A DNA stretch of 55,774 nucleotides from Neovahlkampfia damariscottae. Taxonomy: Eukaryota. Location of the stretch: the NCBI GenBank assembly GCA_016618085.1, contig JABLTG010000135.1, forward strand, positions 1 through 55,774, read 5' to 3'. The position numbers were made by a program, and so were the translations under genes. Positions 1-11,894 of this stretch are shown here, in pieces (within the stretch, counting starts at the first letter, position 1; every line of letters starts with the position of its first letter). A model generated the notes under the pieces. That model was not told where the DNA came from. It made no database searches and was given only the letters and a program-made list of their open reading frames with translations.

Positions 1-1031
1 GACTTATTTTTATCAATCTCAGATTGAATTTTATCACATTTCAACGCATTTTTAAATAATTTTGAAACATCACCTTTTCCATATTCCGTAAATTTTCCAA
101 AGTTATCAAATCCTGTTTGAAATGTTCTCACTCCAGGATCAAGTGCAATAATTTTTTTCTCTTTTTTATCTTTTTTCTTAATTTTTGCAACAAATGGAAT
201 AATCATATAATATCTTCCATGTTGATATTTTAAAATACAAGTTCTATCACTTGATTCTTTACCAACTACATTAGATAATCTTTTAATTTCTCTTTTTTGA
301 GAAGTTTTTAATGCTCCAAGTTTATAAGATGGCCAAAAGAAAAATCCTTCTTCATTCCATTTAATACTTGGTTTACCACCATTGACTGGTATTCCAACAC
401 TTTGAGACATTTTTTCAGTTCTTTTTTTCATGTTTGCTTCTAATTTGATTTTTTTGTTTGTTTTCTTTTGTTTTTCTTTCAGCATTTCTGTTGAACTGTG
501 AACATTACAGACATATTGCTGAATAGCATAATCTAAAGCATCTCGTGGTATTTTTTTCAATTTTCTATTGAACAACCAAGGGTATTTTGAAGATTCTGGA
601 TTCTCATTTGCATTTAAAATACTGTTTTTCAATAACATAAAATTTGCATCATATCCAAGATCTTCAACAAAATGATGAGTTAAATTATAAACGAATCGAG
701 TAATTCTCATCCATTCTTGTATTTTTTTCTTTTGTTCACTTGTTGGTTTTAAAAGAATTTTTCTTGATCGAATAATTTCATCTGTATCAAGTTGTTTCTT
801 TGATAATCCTGTTTTGTGTACAAGTTGTTTGTTTTCTTTTGGAACATCTTTTGATGAAAATAAAACACCTTCTGTTAATGAAGATTGTTCTACCAACTTT
901 TTTGTCCAACAAATATTCTTGTCAACTGAAGAAGAACTTGGAGGTATACTTTTCACTTGTAGCATGTCTTCTTTTTCTTTAGTCCACCAAAAAGGATACG
1001 AATCTTTTCCTTGTTTGTATGTTGATTTCAT
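1..1031 (-). CDS. Fanzor2 (TnpB-like RNA-guided nuclease), N-terminal half through RuvC-I; 3' end outside window
   Basis: Manual translation is open for 343 codons from ATG 1031: MKSTYKQGKDSYPFWW...IIRSRKILLKPTSEQKKKIQEWMRITRFVYN (TnpB N-terminal/HTH motif)...GRYYMIIPF...KKIIALDPGVRTFQTGFD (RuvC-I Asp at 140-138). Absent from the ORF track because there is no stop in the window. Confidence 0.92.
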   Translation of the reverse strand, partial: MKSTYKQGKDSYPFWWTKEKEDMLQVKSIPPSSSSVDKNICWTKKLVEQSSLTEGVLFSSKDVPKENKQLVHKTGLSKKQLDTDEIIRSRKILLKPTSEQKKKIQEWMRITRFVYNLTHHFVEDLGYDANFMLLKNSILNANENPESSKYPWLFNRKLKKIPRDALDYAIQQYVCNVHSSTEMLKEKQKKTNKKIKLEANMKKRTEKMSQSVGIPVNGGKPSIKWNEEGFFFWPSYKLGALKTSQKREIKRLSNVVGKESSDRTCILKYQHGRYYMIIPFVAKIKKKDKKEKKIIALDPGVRTFQTGFDNFGKFTEYGKGDVSKLFKNALKCDKIQSEIDKNK

Positions 1032-1165
1032 ATTTCCTGTTTCTTTTGTTGAACTTTTTTTGTTTCTTCAAGTTTTCTCTTTTTTATCACTTCTGTTGTT
1101 GATGTTGAAGTAACATTTTTTTCTTTCCAAAAACTTTTATCACAATAACCATCAATTCATTGCCG
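1..1165 (-). mobile_element. Fanzor2/IS607-like element, copy A (cut by window start; 120-nt deletion in its 5' region)
   Basis: Reverse complement of ~730-1165 matches 55253-55774 and 12576-12609. Shared left end ACGGC-AATGAATTGATGGTTATTGTGATAAAAGT. Lacks the segment equal to 55275-55394. Confidence 0.9.
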
Positions 1166-1322
1166 TATTTTTCCGAAATTAAACTCCTGACCAATGAGAG
1201 ATAATCAATTCAATTTTAAAAATGTTCAATTTTTTTCTGCACCTCAAAAAAACCAAAATTTTTTTTGTGGTTTTTAGTCTTTAGAAAAACAATAAGTTGA
1301 TCTCTTTTACATTTTATTTCTT

Positions 1323-1538
1323 AAGACTATACTCCTACAAGATCATATTCTATAGGATTATATATAACAGACATATAGATCTTTACATCTATAAATGCTT
1401 GGAAGATGAATTAAGCATCCTACTTTGAGCGTGAATTATGACATGTTTCATTTGTAAATCTCATGATTCTCGTCGTTGATGATCGCAGGGACTTCTTGTT
1501 TTAGAGATTTCCTCGGGTGGAGATGCCTTCTGACAAGT
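1323..1538 (+). ncRNA. U3 snoRNA
   Basis: 5' AAGACTATACT...GATCATATTCTATAG (boxes A'/A), GGAAGATGA (C'), TGAGCGTGA (B), TTGATGATCG (C), CTGA (D, 1530-1533), and terminal stem CTTG/CAAG. Order and spacing match U3. Confidence 0.92.
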
Positions 1539-1578
1539 TCTGTTTTCATTCAAAATTAAGAAAATTAACCTCTACTAC

Positions 1579-3484
1579 ATGAAATCTCCAATTCAATCAT
1601 TAAAAAAGGAAAAGTTTTATTTTTTTTCAATCAATTTAATATCTGAATTATGATAGATCACATTACAAAATCCTTTTTGTTTCTTTTTTGATTTTGGAAT
1701 CAAATTTTCCTTTCTTTTTTTGTCATTTTTCTTTGGTGTTTTGGTCTTTTTAGAAATCCCATGAGTCTCTTTCATACTCAAAGGATCTTTTTTCTTCTTT
1801 ACAAATCAAGTGTTGCCTCTCAGTTGAAAACAAGTTCTTTGATTGGTTTATTCTTTTTCTACCAAATATGGTGAAGGTACAGAGTTTAGAAAGAAATTAT
1901 TGGATTCATTCACTTTTGTTAACTATAATATCATCCATAGTCATACATCAATTTAAAGAAATATATCCTGTCTCAGCATTATTCTTATTGTCATTTTATT
2001 ACTTGTTACAACTTTCGTTTGTTGTTTTATGTTTCTCTGCTTTTGAAAAATTAGATTTTGATAGATTTTTACCTGAAATTATAGCAAGAGATTGGAAATA
2101 TTTGGCCCTGATTTTATGGATATTTTATTCAATTTTATTTTTTCAAATGGCAAAGTTTTATGGAGTGATAACTATAATGTCAATCTTAATATTTATTCAA
2201 GCTTCTTCATTCACAGTATTAACTTTATTTATCAATTTGATACCAGTTTCATATTGGCCTGACGCTGATCCAGTTAGGTTTTGGTTCAACAATTTAAAAT
2301 TTGCAACATTGGTTAATTCTTTGATTTGGGCTTTTTCAATTGAAGGTTTGAAACATTTTGTACAAAGTTTGAAAAGAGATGAAATACATGCCAGACCAGC
2401 CTCATATGCTATTAACATCAAATTTAATGCTCCATTATCACTTGACGAATTACCGTCAAGTATTTTGAAAGAAATTGATATTTTGGATGCAAATTTAGGT
2501 GATGAATGGATAGTAAATCCAAGTTTATTTATTGGAGATAGATATGAAAAATCACCAATTTCAGATAGAATAATCAAAACTCAAACTCATTCTGCATTAT
2601 ATCAAATTGGAACACATTTTATCATTGAAGATCCAGGGTTCAAAATAATATATCAATATAACGTTGATAAATATAAAACAATCCTAATGAGTCTAAAACC
2701 AGGTGAAAATATTCCAAAAGATGTCTACTTAGGCGAAAATGATATTAAGTTATTCAAGTTTGCCAATGTGATAGTAAGAAATAACTATTGGAAAGAAAGA
2801 ATGAAATTTCATGATAAATTTGTATTTGAATCACAAAAAATGTGGAAGAATCATAATTATGTAGTTTTACCTTCAAACATTTTTAATCCCCTTCATTTAT
2901 ACTTTTTTGAAGATTATTGTGATCGTTTTTTGAAGTCTTTAGAAGGAACTCAGAATACCAAAGAATACTTATTTTCATGGGACAATCAAATTGCAGTACA
3001 TTATAATTTAAAGTTAGTGGAAATAGTTTCAGAAATTACAAATGAAGATTTAACAATCACGAGACCTTTAATTTTATTTTATCAAAAAAAATCGAATTTG
3101 CCATTACATGTGGATTATCATCCATTTTTATACTCATGTTCTGTAAGTTTTGTTTTTGTCAAATTGTATTTTTAGATGTCATTGAAGAAGAATAACATTC
3201 CACAAAAGTTTTCTTTTATTTCATCAAATTTTAATGAAATGATTGATATTGATTTGGAAAGAGGTGAAATGGTAATGATAAAGAATTTATTAATGATCAA
3301 ATTTAGATATTATTCAAAGGTCAACAATGCCCTCATTACAGAAAATCAGGTGAGTCCAACAATCAATTTTAACATTGTTCAGTTGATTCACCAATAATTA
3401 GTGTATCATTTAGCTTCAATTTCTTTAATCCTATCAAATATTGATTTGACATTGAATTCAAGCATCAAAACTTTTGTCCAATAA
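1579..3484 (+). CDS. Multi-pass membrane protein with C-terminal 2OG-Fe(II) oxygenase-like domain (spliced; 5' exon structure uncertain)
   Basis: Hydrophobic N-terminal half in ORF 1868-3175. LPLHVD (HxD) plus a spliced downstream LFKGQQCPHYR (H-x-R). Introns at 3143-3175, ~3272-3306, ~3349-3401. Confidence 0.5.
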
Positions 3485-3667
3485 AAAATATCTCAAAAAA
3501 TTTTTGTTGCTATTCAGGCGATCAAAAGACAATAATTAATGATAGTGGATGGTAAACATTTTAGATTGTCACCAAAACAAAAAAAAATGTTGGATTTGAG
3601 TTTTGAGTTCATTTGATTGTCTTAGAAATGAGAATTTTAAACACAAACTTTCTTATTCATCCTTCAA

Positions 3668-4362
3668 TTATTTATTTTCCAAATATTTTTCATGTACCAA
3701 TTCAATTAAATATTTACGAAATTTTGAAACATAATTTTGATCAATTTTTTTAAAATCCAATTTTCCATTGTTCTCTGCAATATTATCCGAGTTTGATAAT
3801 GTAAAGACTCCACAATCAAATCCATTCTTTTGTTGTGAACTCTGAGAGGTTTCTAATAGTACTTCATCTCCTGTTTTCGCTTTTGAATCAATCAATAATG
3901 CAATTTTAGAAACAACTCTTTGTGCTGCTAAAAAATTAGACTCACCACATGAATCAAAATAAAAATATTTTTTCACTTTTTTAACATAAACCATCAATGA
4001 CCAATGTGAACCACCTGAACTATAAATATCAGTACTGTCATTAATGGGTATAAAAATTAAGTCTTTTTTTGACAACTCCAAATGTGAAACTTGTTCAACA
4101 ATATCCTCATAATCTATTGTTTTAAAAAAAAAAAAATATTCATACTTTCAAGCATTTGAATCATAAAAACGGTTGATGGACAAATAAATGAATAGTTTTT
4201 ATCTTTATATTTCTCATTTTCCAAGTACAAATAATAAAATGTTATTATATTATCATTCAACCATGTGCATCCATTAAGTGATTCTTTGATATCAGTAGTT
4301 GTCAATGTTTGTGAATTATAAAATGTGTGTTTCCAATTCTTTTTTAAAAATTCGTCTTGCAT
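3668..4362 (-). CDS. SENP8: NEDD8-specific protease (SENP8/NEDP1, C48 family)
   Basis: WLNDNIITFY, GGSHWSL, FDS, QQKNGFDCGVF; two exons. Confidence 0.85.
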
Positions 4363-4428
4363 CTCTTATTGGTCCATTCAATTTTAGATTTTTTTACTTT
4401 CGACGGTGAGGTTACAACCAAAAAAAAA

Positions 4429-6074
4429 ATGAGTGAAGAAGAGATTTTAAAAAAATCAACAGAAGCAAGAGAATCAGGAAATAAATATTTCAAAGGTAAA
4501 AAAAAGAAAACAAACTCAAAAAAAAAAAAAAAAAGAAAAAAATTTTGTAGTCGCAATTGATGAATATACAAAATCAATTGAATTAAAACCAACACCACAA
4601 GCATTATCAAATCGTGCATTTTGTTATATAAAATTAGATCAATTTGGTGCTGCTCTTGTTGACGCAGAAAAAGCTATTGAAATAGATCCAACTTTTACGA
4701 AGGTTTCTTTTTTTTTTATGTAAATTTATTTCTTAGGCTTATTATCGTAAAGGATTTTCTCATTTCGCTCTTGAAAAATATTCCGAAGCAATGCAAGATT
4801 TTAAAAAAGTTTTATCTCTTGATCCAAAATCAAAAGAAGCAAGAGACAAGTAAAAACAAAAAAAAATAGTTTTTTTAATTTTAAAGATTTAATGCTTGTA
4901 AAAAACAAAGACAAAGAATAGAATTTGAAAAAGCTATTTATATTGAACATAAACCACCTTCTCAAACAGTAAATTTAAACGGTGTAATTCCAGGTAAAGA
5001 AAATGTGAAAAAAAAATTAAAAAATTAAAAAGAATCTTATGATGGTGTTAAATTAGAAAATCCAAAAAATGTTACAAAAGAATTTGTTTTAGATATGTTG
5101 GAAAGATTTAAAAATCAAAAATTAATTCCAAAAACATATGTAATGAATATGTTAGTTTCTGGAATTGAAACATTAGTTAAATTACCATCACTTGTTCATG
5201 TTGAAGTACCAAAAGGAAATAAAATCACAGTATGTGGTGATACACATGGTCAATTCTTTGATTTAATGAATATTTTTAAATTAAATGGATTACCATCTGA
5301 AGAAAATCCGTAAGAATTAATTTATTATTCAACTTTTAAAAGATATGTTTTTAATGGAGATTTTGTTGATAGAGGATCATGGTCATGTGAAGTTATTCTT
5401 ACTTTACTTGCTTTTAAACTTTTATATCCAAAAGGTTTACATATGACTCGTGGAAATCATGAAAGTCATCATATGAATAGAGTTTATGGTTTTGAAGGTG
5501 AAGTTAAACATAAATATAATGAAACAATTTATGATTTATTTCAAGAATTTTTTAATTTAATACCTTTATCAATTGTATTAAATCATAAAGTTATGATTTG
5601 TCATGGTGGATTATTTTCAAAAGATGGTGTCACTTTAGATGATATTGCAAAAATTGATAGAAATCGTGATATTCCAGATACAGGTATTTTTGCTGATATT
5701 ATGTGGGCAGATCCTCAAAAACAAAATGGAAGAGCTCCAAATAAAAGAGGTGTTTCTGTTGCATTTGGACCTGATGTTACAAAGAGATTTTTAGATGATA
5801 ATGGTTTGGAACTATTGGTTAGAAGTCATGAAACAAAACAAGAAGGTTTTGAATTTGAAGCTGATAATAGATTAATTACTATATTTTCAGCACCAAATTG
5901 TAAGAAAGTAGTTCATTTAATTTTTTTTTAGATTGTGATCAAATGGGTAATAAAGGTGCTTATATCCATTTTAATGGTGATGATATGAAACCAATATTAA
6001 ATCAATTTTCACATGTTCCACATCCAAATGTTAAACCTATGCAATATGCAAATCAAATGTTTGGTGGACAATAA
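4429..6074 (+). CDS. PPP5C: Ser/Thr protein phosphatase 5 (TPR + PPP)
   Basis: N-terminal TPR exons; GDTHGQ, GDFVDRG, RGNHE, FSAPN; C-terminus VPHPNVKPMQYAN. Confidence 0.95.
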
Positions 6075-6139
6075 ATAGTTTTATTTTTTTGTCCAATAAA
6101 ATTAATTATTTTTTCATTAAAAAAACAGACAATTGAAAG

Positions 6140-6644
6140 ATGTTCGTTTTCTCACAAAAACCTTATATATTGTTACCTGAGGATTTCTTTGATCCGAAAG
6201 AAGAAGAAGAAGAAGAAGATATTGAGTTACCAGACGATTTTAAAGATAGTAACACAGAAGTCAATCCAAATGCTATATTACCAACTTTTCAAAAAGTATC
6301 TGAAGAAAAAGAAATTCCAAGAACTTTTTTTGATTCCAACAAAAAGTATCTTTTTAATTTTTAAGCTTTTTAACAAAATTATTAGAGATGAAGTCGCAAT
6401 TCAAAAAGTTGTGGAACCAGATTTTGATAGATTTGAAGAAATAAAAAGTAAAAGAGATGAAGTTGAATTAGTTGAGACTCAATTGGACTTGCTTGATAAA
6501 TTAGAAAAGATCAAAGAAATGAAAGATAAATTTGTTGGAGAACTTCGGAGTAAACCAAAAAAAACCAAGGTGACCAAAGAGGAGAGTGAAGAAGAATCGG
6601 ATGATGAATTTGACTGGAGAGGTGTGAAAAAAAAACAGAAGTAG
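6140..6644 (+). CDS. ZNF830/CCDC16-like C-terminal domain protein
   Basis: LPEDFFD-type motifs, a coiled coil, and an acidic ...DEFDWRG tail; one intron near 6346-6385. Confidence 0.45.
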
Positions 6645-6778
6645 TAGAGATTAAAAAAATTCGTTCAATCAACAAAAATATCCATATCCATTTCCAAACA
6701 AAATTAGATTTGTTTATTAGTTTTGGCTCTATTTTCTCGTGGTTGTGTTTTTCTGATCCAAAACAAAAAAAGAATGTT

Positions 6779-6860
6779 TGATTACTGTGGGGTTCGAACC
6801 CACGCCCACGAATGGACAGGAACCTTAATCCTGCGCCTTGGACCGCTCGGCCAAGTAACC
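6779..6860 (-). tRNA. tRNA-Leu (anticodon AAG)
   Basis: GGTTACTTGGCCGAGCGGTCCAAGGCGCAGGATTAAGGTTCCTG...GTGGGTTCGAACCCCACAGTAATCA: cloverleaf with long variable arm, A/B boxes, and a downstream T-run. Confidence 0.96.
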
Positions 6861-6916
6861 TTTGATGGAAATAATTATAACCCTTTTTGATACAATCAGT
6901 TTTTTTTGATGAGAAA

Positions 6917-8251
6917 TCAGGCTGAGAACAAGTCGAAATTACAATTTTCAATGAACTCCAAAAATCTAAAAATTTCATGAATATATATGTGATGTTCCAA
7001 ATATCCATTTTCATTTTTCTTAAGCTTATCTTCTATACTCTTAAATAAATTGAAATTCTTTTCTTCTTCATTCTTCAATACTTCCATCATTTCATCAAAC
7101 TTTCTGTTCCAAATATTGTTCATCAAATTCTCATCCAATACTTCATCATTTAAAGAATCTATTTGTTCCATGATGTCATTGATTTGAGTTCTATGATATG
7201 AGTCCTCAGAATCTTCTTCTATTGTCAAATATTTTTCATTTTTGAAATGATTCTGTCTTTTTTCTAATTCAATTACTTGTATCGAAATTTCCAATAAGAT
7301 TTTATATTCTTCATTTTCTGGATAAAATATATGTTTTAACCAAATAAATGGATCATATAAAACACCAAAATTATCATTATCCTTCTTTAAATCAATAATT
7401 TCGTTCAAAATTTTTTCGATTTTTTCCAAAGTTTCATTTTGAAAGTTGTTTGTTGAATTTTTTGGTTTTATCAATAAAATTGGTGATTTTATATTCTTTG
7501 CAATATTTTCTCTCGGGAATATATTCTTCAGTATTGTAATATCAGTACTATTTTCATTTTTTGAATTTAAAATTTTCTTGAAATTTGAAGAAATTTGATG
7601 ATACGATATTGGAAATTTTTTGACTTCATCAAATAAAATATCATCTTCATCATCCTCTACTTTCTCTGAAATATCAATTTTCATCAAAAAGTTTGGCATC
7701 AATTCATGAAATAATTTCTTTGATCTCTTCAAATCCTTATTTGATGGTATTGTAATATTTTCAAATTTTTGAAATAAAATTTCATTCAATTGATTTTCAT
7801 CAATATCTTGTAGATATTTGTTCATCTCTTTCATAAAATTATTGAAACAATAAATCATCAATAAATTGGAATCAAATTGAAGATTTTGGAATTTTTTTTG
7901 GAACTTTGAAAAAACATCTTGTGGATTATTTGAGAACAAATTTGAATATTTCCATCTTAAATCTTTCTTTTTTAATGATATTTTGAAATCATTTGTGACG
8001 AACAATTGAATGTTTTTTTTGTTACAATATTTTTTTAATTTTAAGAATCCAAACAACAATATTCTTGATGTATCTTTGATTTTTAAGTTATAGAATTGTG
8101 TGAAGTCTTTTCGTAAAATTTCTTTTTCTTCATCTTTCAATTTTTTTGAAATTTTTTTTAAACGTTTTAGAAATCCATTTTTTCGAATATATTCTTCTTG
8201 TACGAGATGTTTCAGGTGTAAAATATCTTCATTTTCCATTTGTTTTAACAC
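6917..8251 (-). CDS. Hypothetical protein (likely ATG near 8239)
   Basis: 444-codon uninterrupted ORF with no recognised motif. Confidence 0.6.
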   Translation of the reverse strand: MLKQMENEDILHLKHLVQEEYIRKNGFLKRLKKISKKLKDEEKEILRKDFTQFYNLKIKDTSRILLFGFLKLKKYCNKKNIQLFVTNDFKISLKKKDLRWKYSNLFSNNPQDVFSKFQKKFQNLQFDSNLLMIYCFNNFMKEMNKYLQDIDENQLNEILFQKFENITIPSNKDLKRSKKLFHELMPNFLMKIDISEKVEDDEDDILFDEVKKFPISYHQISSNFKKILNSKNENSTDITILKNIFPRENIAKNIKSPILLIKPKNSTNNFQNETLEKIEKILNEIIDLKKDNDNFGVLYDPFIWLKHIFYPENEEYKILLEISIQVIELEKRQNHFKNEKYLTIEEDSEDSYHRTQINDIMEQIDSLNDEVLDENLMNNIWNRKFDEMMEVLKNEEEKNFNLFKSIEDKLKKNENGYLEHHIYIHEIFRFLEFIENCNFDLFSA

Positions 8252-8282
8252 TTGAGTTTAAACGAGAACCAATTTTGATTGG

Positions 8283-9399
8283 ATGATGAATAGAAACAAC
8301 GAACAACTTAACTCAAAACTGACTGAAGAAATTAATGGAGAAAATTATGAAACAACAAAATACAAAACTATTAAAAAGTCAATTATCAAATTTCCAAAAG
8401 AGAATTCAAAACAGATCAACGAAGGTACAAAATTAACGAGTAAGAAAAAAATACTTTGACAAAAAAGCATTTTTTTATGGAAAATTAATCATGAATGACA
8501 ACTTTGAACTCTTAATTGCAGATGCTACAATACAAAAAATAGCCATAAATGTAAAAAAGACAAAAAAAAATTTTCCTTTTTTTCATGAATGTCTTGATAC
8601 GATGAAAGTAAGAATTTCAAACTAATATCAATAGGAAGATGAAATATCCAACTTTTTGATTGACACTAAATATGCATTTTCGAATATTTCACAAAATAAT
8701 GACACAATAATATTGAATCAAAAGAAATTAAACTGACAGACATCAAACTTGTTTTTTACAAAATCAAAATTGATTCTATTAAAGATTGGAAAAGAAAGAA
8801 ATCTGAATATTTTTCAGAAGAAATTATTGAATTAACAAAATTAAGATTATCAGCAAATGAAATGTTTAAAAAAAAACAATTCAAACAAGCATTAAAAATT
8901 TATCGAGAAATTGAATTAGATTTAAGTACTATAATATATAAACCTGAAGAAAAATCAATATATGAAGAAGAATTGTTGAGAATTAAAATCAATATCATTG
9001 TAACATTATTTGAACAAAATGAATATCGAAAAACAATTATTAACATAAATGAAGTAAAAATTGAAACATTACTAAAAAATTAAGATATTAGATAATAAAA
9101 TGAATTCAGAAAAACAATCAAAATTATTGAGAATTCGTGCAAAATCATCGAGATTACTTTCCAATATTTTTAATTTTGAAGATGTTGAAAAAGCTATTCA
9201 TTTAGATCCAAAGAATCATTTAAATATTATTGAACTCAATGAAATGAAAAAACAGAAATTCTCATTTGAACAAGAGTTGACAAAGAAGTATATTAAAAAT
9301 AGAGAAAGAATTGAGGAGTTCTATAAAGACCAAAATGTTGAAGAGAAAAATAATGGAAAGATATGGTCACCTCATGATATGGATTTTGAATTTGATTAG
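8283..9399 (+). CDS. Degenerate FKBP-like + TPR protein
   Basis: Spliced exons give IKKSIIK..., FHECLDTMK-EDEISNFLIDTKYAF (FKBP-like), then TPRs (ANEMFKKKQFKQALKIY; KAIHLDPKN). Confidence 0.55.
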
Positions 9400-9480
9400 A
9401 GAACTAAATAAAAATTCAGTTGTGCAATTTGATTCAATTTAAAAGTTGAAGATGGTTAACCAATCACATTTCTCAAAACT

Positions 9481-10961
9481 ATGTCTTTGTCAACTGATGA
9501 ATACTTCACAATTTCAGAGTTTCTTAGAAACTCAACAGATTTAAAAAATCTTTTTTGTTTGAATACAATTAGTTTTGAAGTAATACAATTTTTTTTTTTT
9601 CCAACCATTGTTAGCTGACCAATAACTATAACTTTTGGAAGCTTCAGTACCAAAGTAAACTGTTTTCATACAGATATTATGATCAAAAACACGAGGATTT
9701 TGTCTATCGTTTACGTTCTTCATTCCGCATCCATGAAGAAAATTTACCAAAAGAGCAATGGAAAAATTTATATAAAAAGCTACTGCTCCGAATTCAAAGT
9801 TGGGAGATTTCTCAAATGATAAAAATCAACATATTCTCTAATATTGAACCTGTAATATTTTGGACTGGATGTGTTGAAAATTTGAAAAGATTTGAAAACT
9901 TTACTTGGACTTTTTCAATGAATGAATTCAGTCAATCCATTTTACATTTATTTTGTGCTTCTTTTTTCAAGTTTGATAGTTATGAATCATTTTGTAATTT
10001 TTCAAAAAAACCAGATTTCGGTTACATTAAACTTTTAAAATTTGATCAATCAGAATTTGAAAAACTATTCATCAAACTTTATGAAATCACAAAATGTTCA
10101 ATATATAACCAAGCTTATACAGCGGAGAAAAGTTGTCAATCAAGAAGATGTTCAAGATATTCATCAGCAAGATATGATTACACTCCTTTTCATTTGTTAA
10201 GCATTCTGGTTGACGAAAAAGTTTTGAAAAATATTTTATCAATTTCAACTGATAAAATTCCCCAAAATTTTAATGCTACTATTTTATTTGAGAAATCTTT
10301 GAGTTTAGAAAAAACTAAATTATTTGTTGAACATTTCAAGTTAAAACAAGATCAATTCAATCAATTATTGATTCATTCACCACCAGAATCATTCAAATAT
10401 GTACTTCCAAAAATCAATACTTTCTTTTTAAAAGATGAACCATGGAGAAAGTCTTTAAACCATTCAAAGGATATCACATCAAATTGTGAGATGAACTTTG
10501 AGATTTATATTCAGCATGCATTGAAATATTTTGATCAACAAACTCATGATGAAATATTGGCATCTGTAATCAAGTCAAATTTAAATGATCAAATGATTCG
10601 TCTATTGATCAAATACAAATTTCTTGAAAATAAAGATCCAAATCCATTTAAATTTCTTTATCAAAATGAAAGGACATTAAGACTTTTGATTGAAAATGGA
10701 TTCGAATTTTCAGAAAAGACAATCACTGTTCATGATATATTCATTATGAATTTTGAACTCAAGTTTACTCGTCTACATTACATGAAAAGTATCCTTGAAA
10801 TTTTGATTCCAAAAGGATTGAATATCAATTTTGATTTAGGGAATGGATGGACTCTTTTGAGTCATGCAAGAAATGAATCTTTCTTTTGTACCAGATACAG
10901 TGTCTATCAAAGACAATACGCTGAATTTATTGATTTTCTGAAGGAAAATGGTGCAAAATGA
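9481..10961 (+). CDS. F-box-like protein with C-terminal ankyrin-like repeat
   Basis: ATG 9481 MSLSTDEYFTISEFL...DLKNLFCLN, intron 9580-9614, then FWKLQY...WKNLYKK in frame with ORF 9816-10961, ending GWTLLSHA...FLKENGAK. Confidence 0.55.
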
Positions 10962-11237
10962 TGAAAATATCAAATAAACAAAAGAATACCTCGAAATATA
11001 CAGAATTTTATTTTTTTAAGTACTGACCAATCATTTTCCCAAAGTTTTGTTCTCGAAAAATGTTTCACTGCTTGTTTCGTTAGTGAGCTTTACCTCTTTA
11101 ATTTTTATTGCAACCTAATAGAAAGAAAACAAAAGCCAAGAAAAAAAAAGTTGAACAACCAAATTCCAAACCAAAAATCATGATGTTCAATTATTTGTTC
11201 AATGGACCAATAATATTGATTTTTCCGAACACAAAAC

Positions 11238-11810
11238 ATGAAAGGAACAACAGACGAAAAACTACGACATAGAATACTAACACACTCACAAGATCAATGG
11301 ATGCCACATTCTGATTCTGAAGAAGAAGAACAAGAATTTGTTGAATTCAATATTGAAAAAAGAACAGGAATTGATAAGTTAATTAATGATATTGTTGGTT
11401 TAGTTTTAGCTTTATTTGCTGTTTCTTTTCAAGTTCCAATTTATTTTTTAATGTTCACTCATCATTTGAGTTGTTGGATTTTTGATTTATTTTTTCCTCT
11501 TTTTGGTGAATTTGAAAACAAGACAAAAAAACAAATCTTTATTGATGTATCAGTTTCAATATTCACTTTATTTTTAATGATTTTAATTCCAATTTTATTT
11601 TTCAACGAACATCTTTTGATTATATTTTTATTTTATTTTGTTGTATTGTCGTGGAGTTATTTGTTGGAATTTTCAAGTTCATTTTTAGAAAGATTAATTG
11701 ATGAAGAAAGATGGGTTAAAGTTTCATTTTCAATTTTACTTTTAATTTCATTTCATTCATTAGTTTGGATTCCATTTCATTTTTTGAAAAAGAATTTTTC
11801 AAATATTTAA
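11238..11810 (+). CDS. Hypothetical membrane protein
   Basis: 190-aa ORF with 4-5 hydrophobic segments; CCAAT at ~11208. Confidence 0.6.
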   Translation: MKGTTDEKLRHRILTHSQDQWMPHSDSEEEEQEFVEFNIEKRTGIDKLINDIVGLVLALFAVSFQVPIYFLMFTHHLSCWIFDLFFPLFGEFENKTKKQIFIDVSVSIFTLFLMILIPILFFNEHLLIIFLFYFVVLSWSYLLEFSSSFLERLIDEERWVKVSFSILLLISFHSLVWIPFHFLKKNFSNI

Positions 11811-11894
11811 TAAATATTCAGTGTTATCCTTCAAGTGCATGTTAAAATAAAACTATTTTGATATCCAATAGGAAGAGCTTGAGTTTTATTGGGA

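Noticed and set aside
800..1113. ORFs 800-982 and 814-1113 (+), mirrored by 55355-55684 and 55531-55713 (-)
   Set aside because: Antisense shadows of the Fanzor ORF, duplicated only because the element is.
6511..7014. 167-aa minus-strand ORF
   Set aside because: Reads through the tRNA-Leu gene and overlaps two genes; spurious.
9456..9750. Two short minus-strand ORFs
   Set aside because: Antisense to the first exons of the F-box-like gene.
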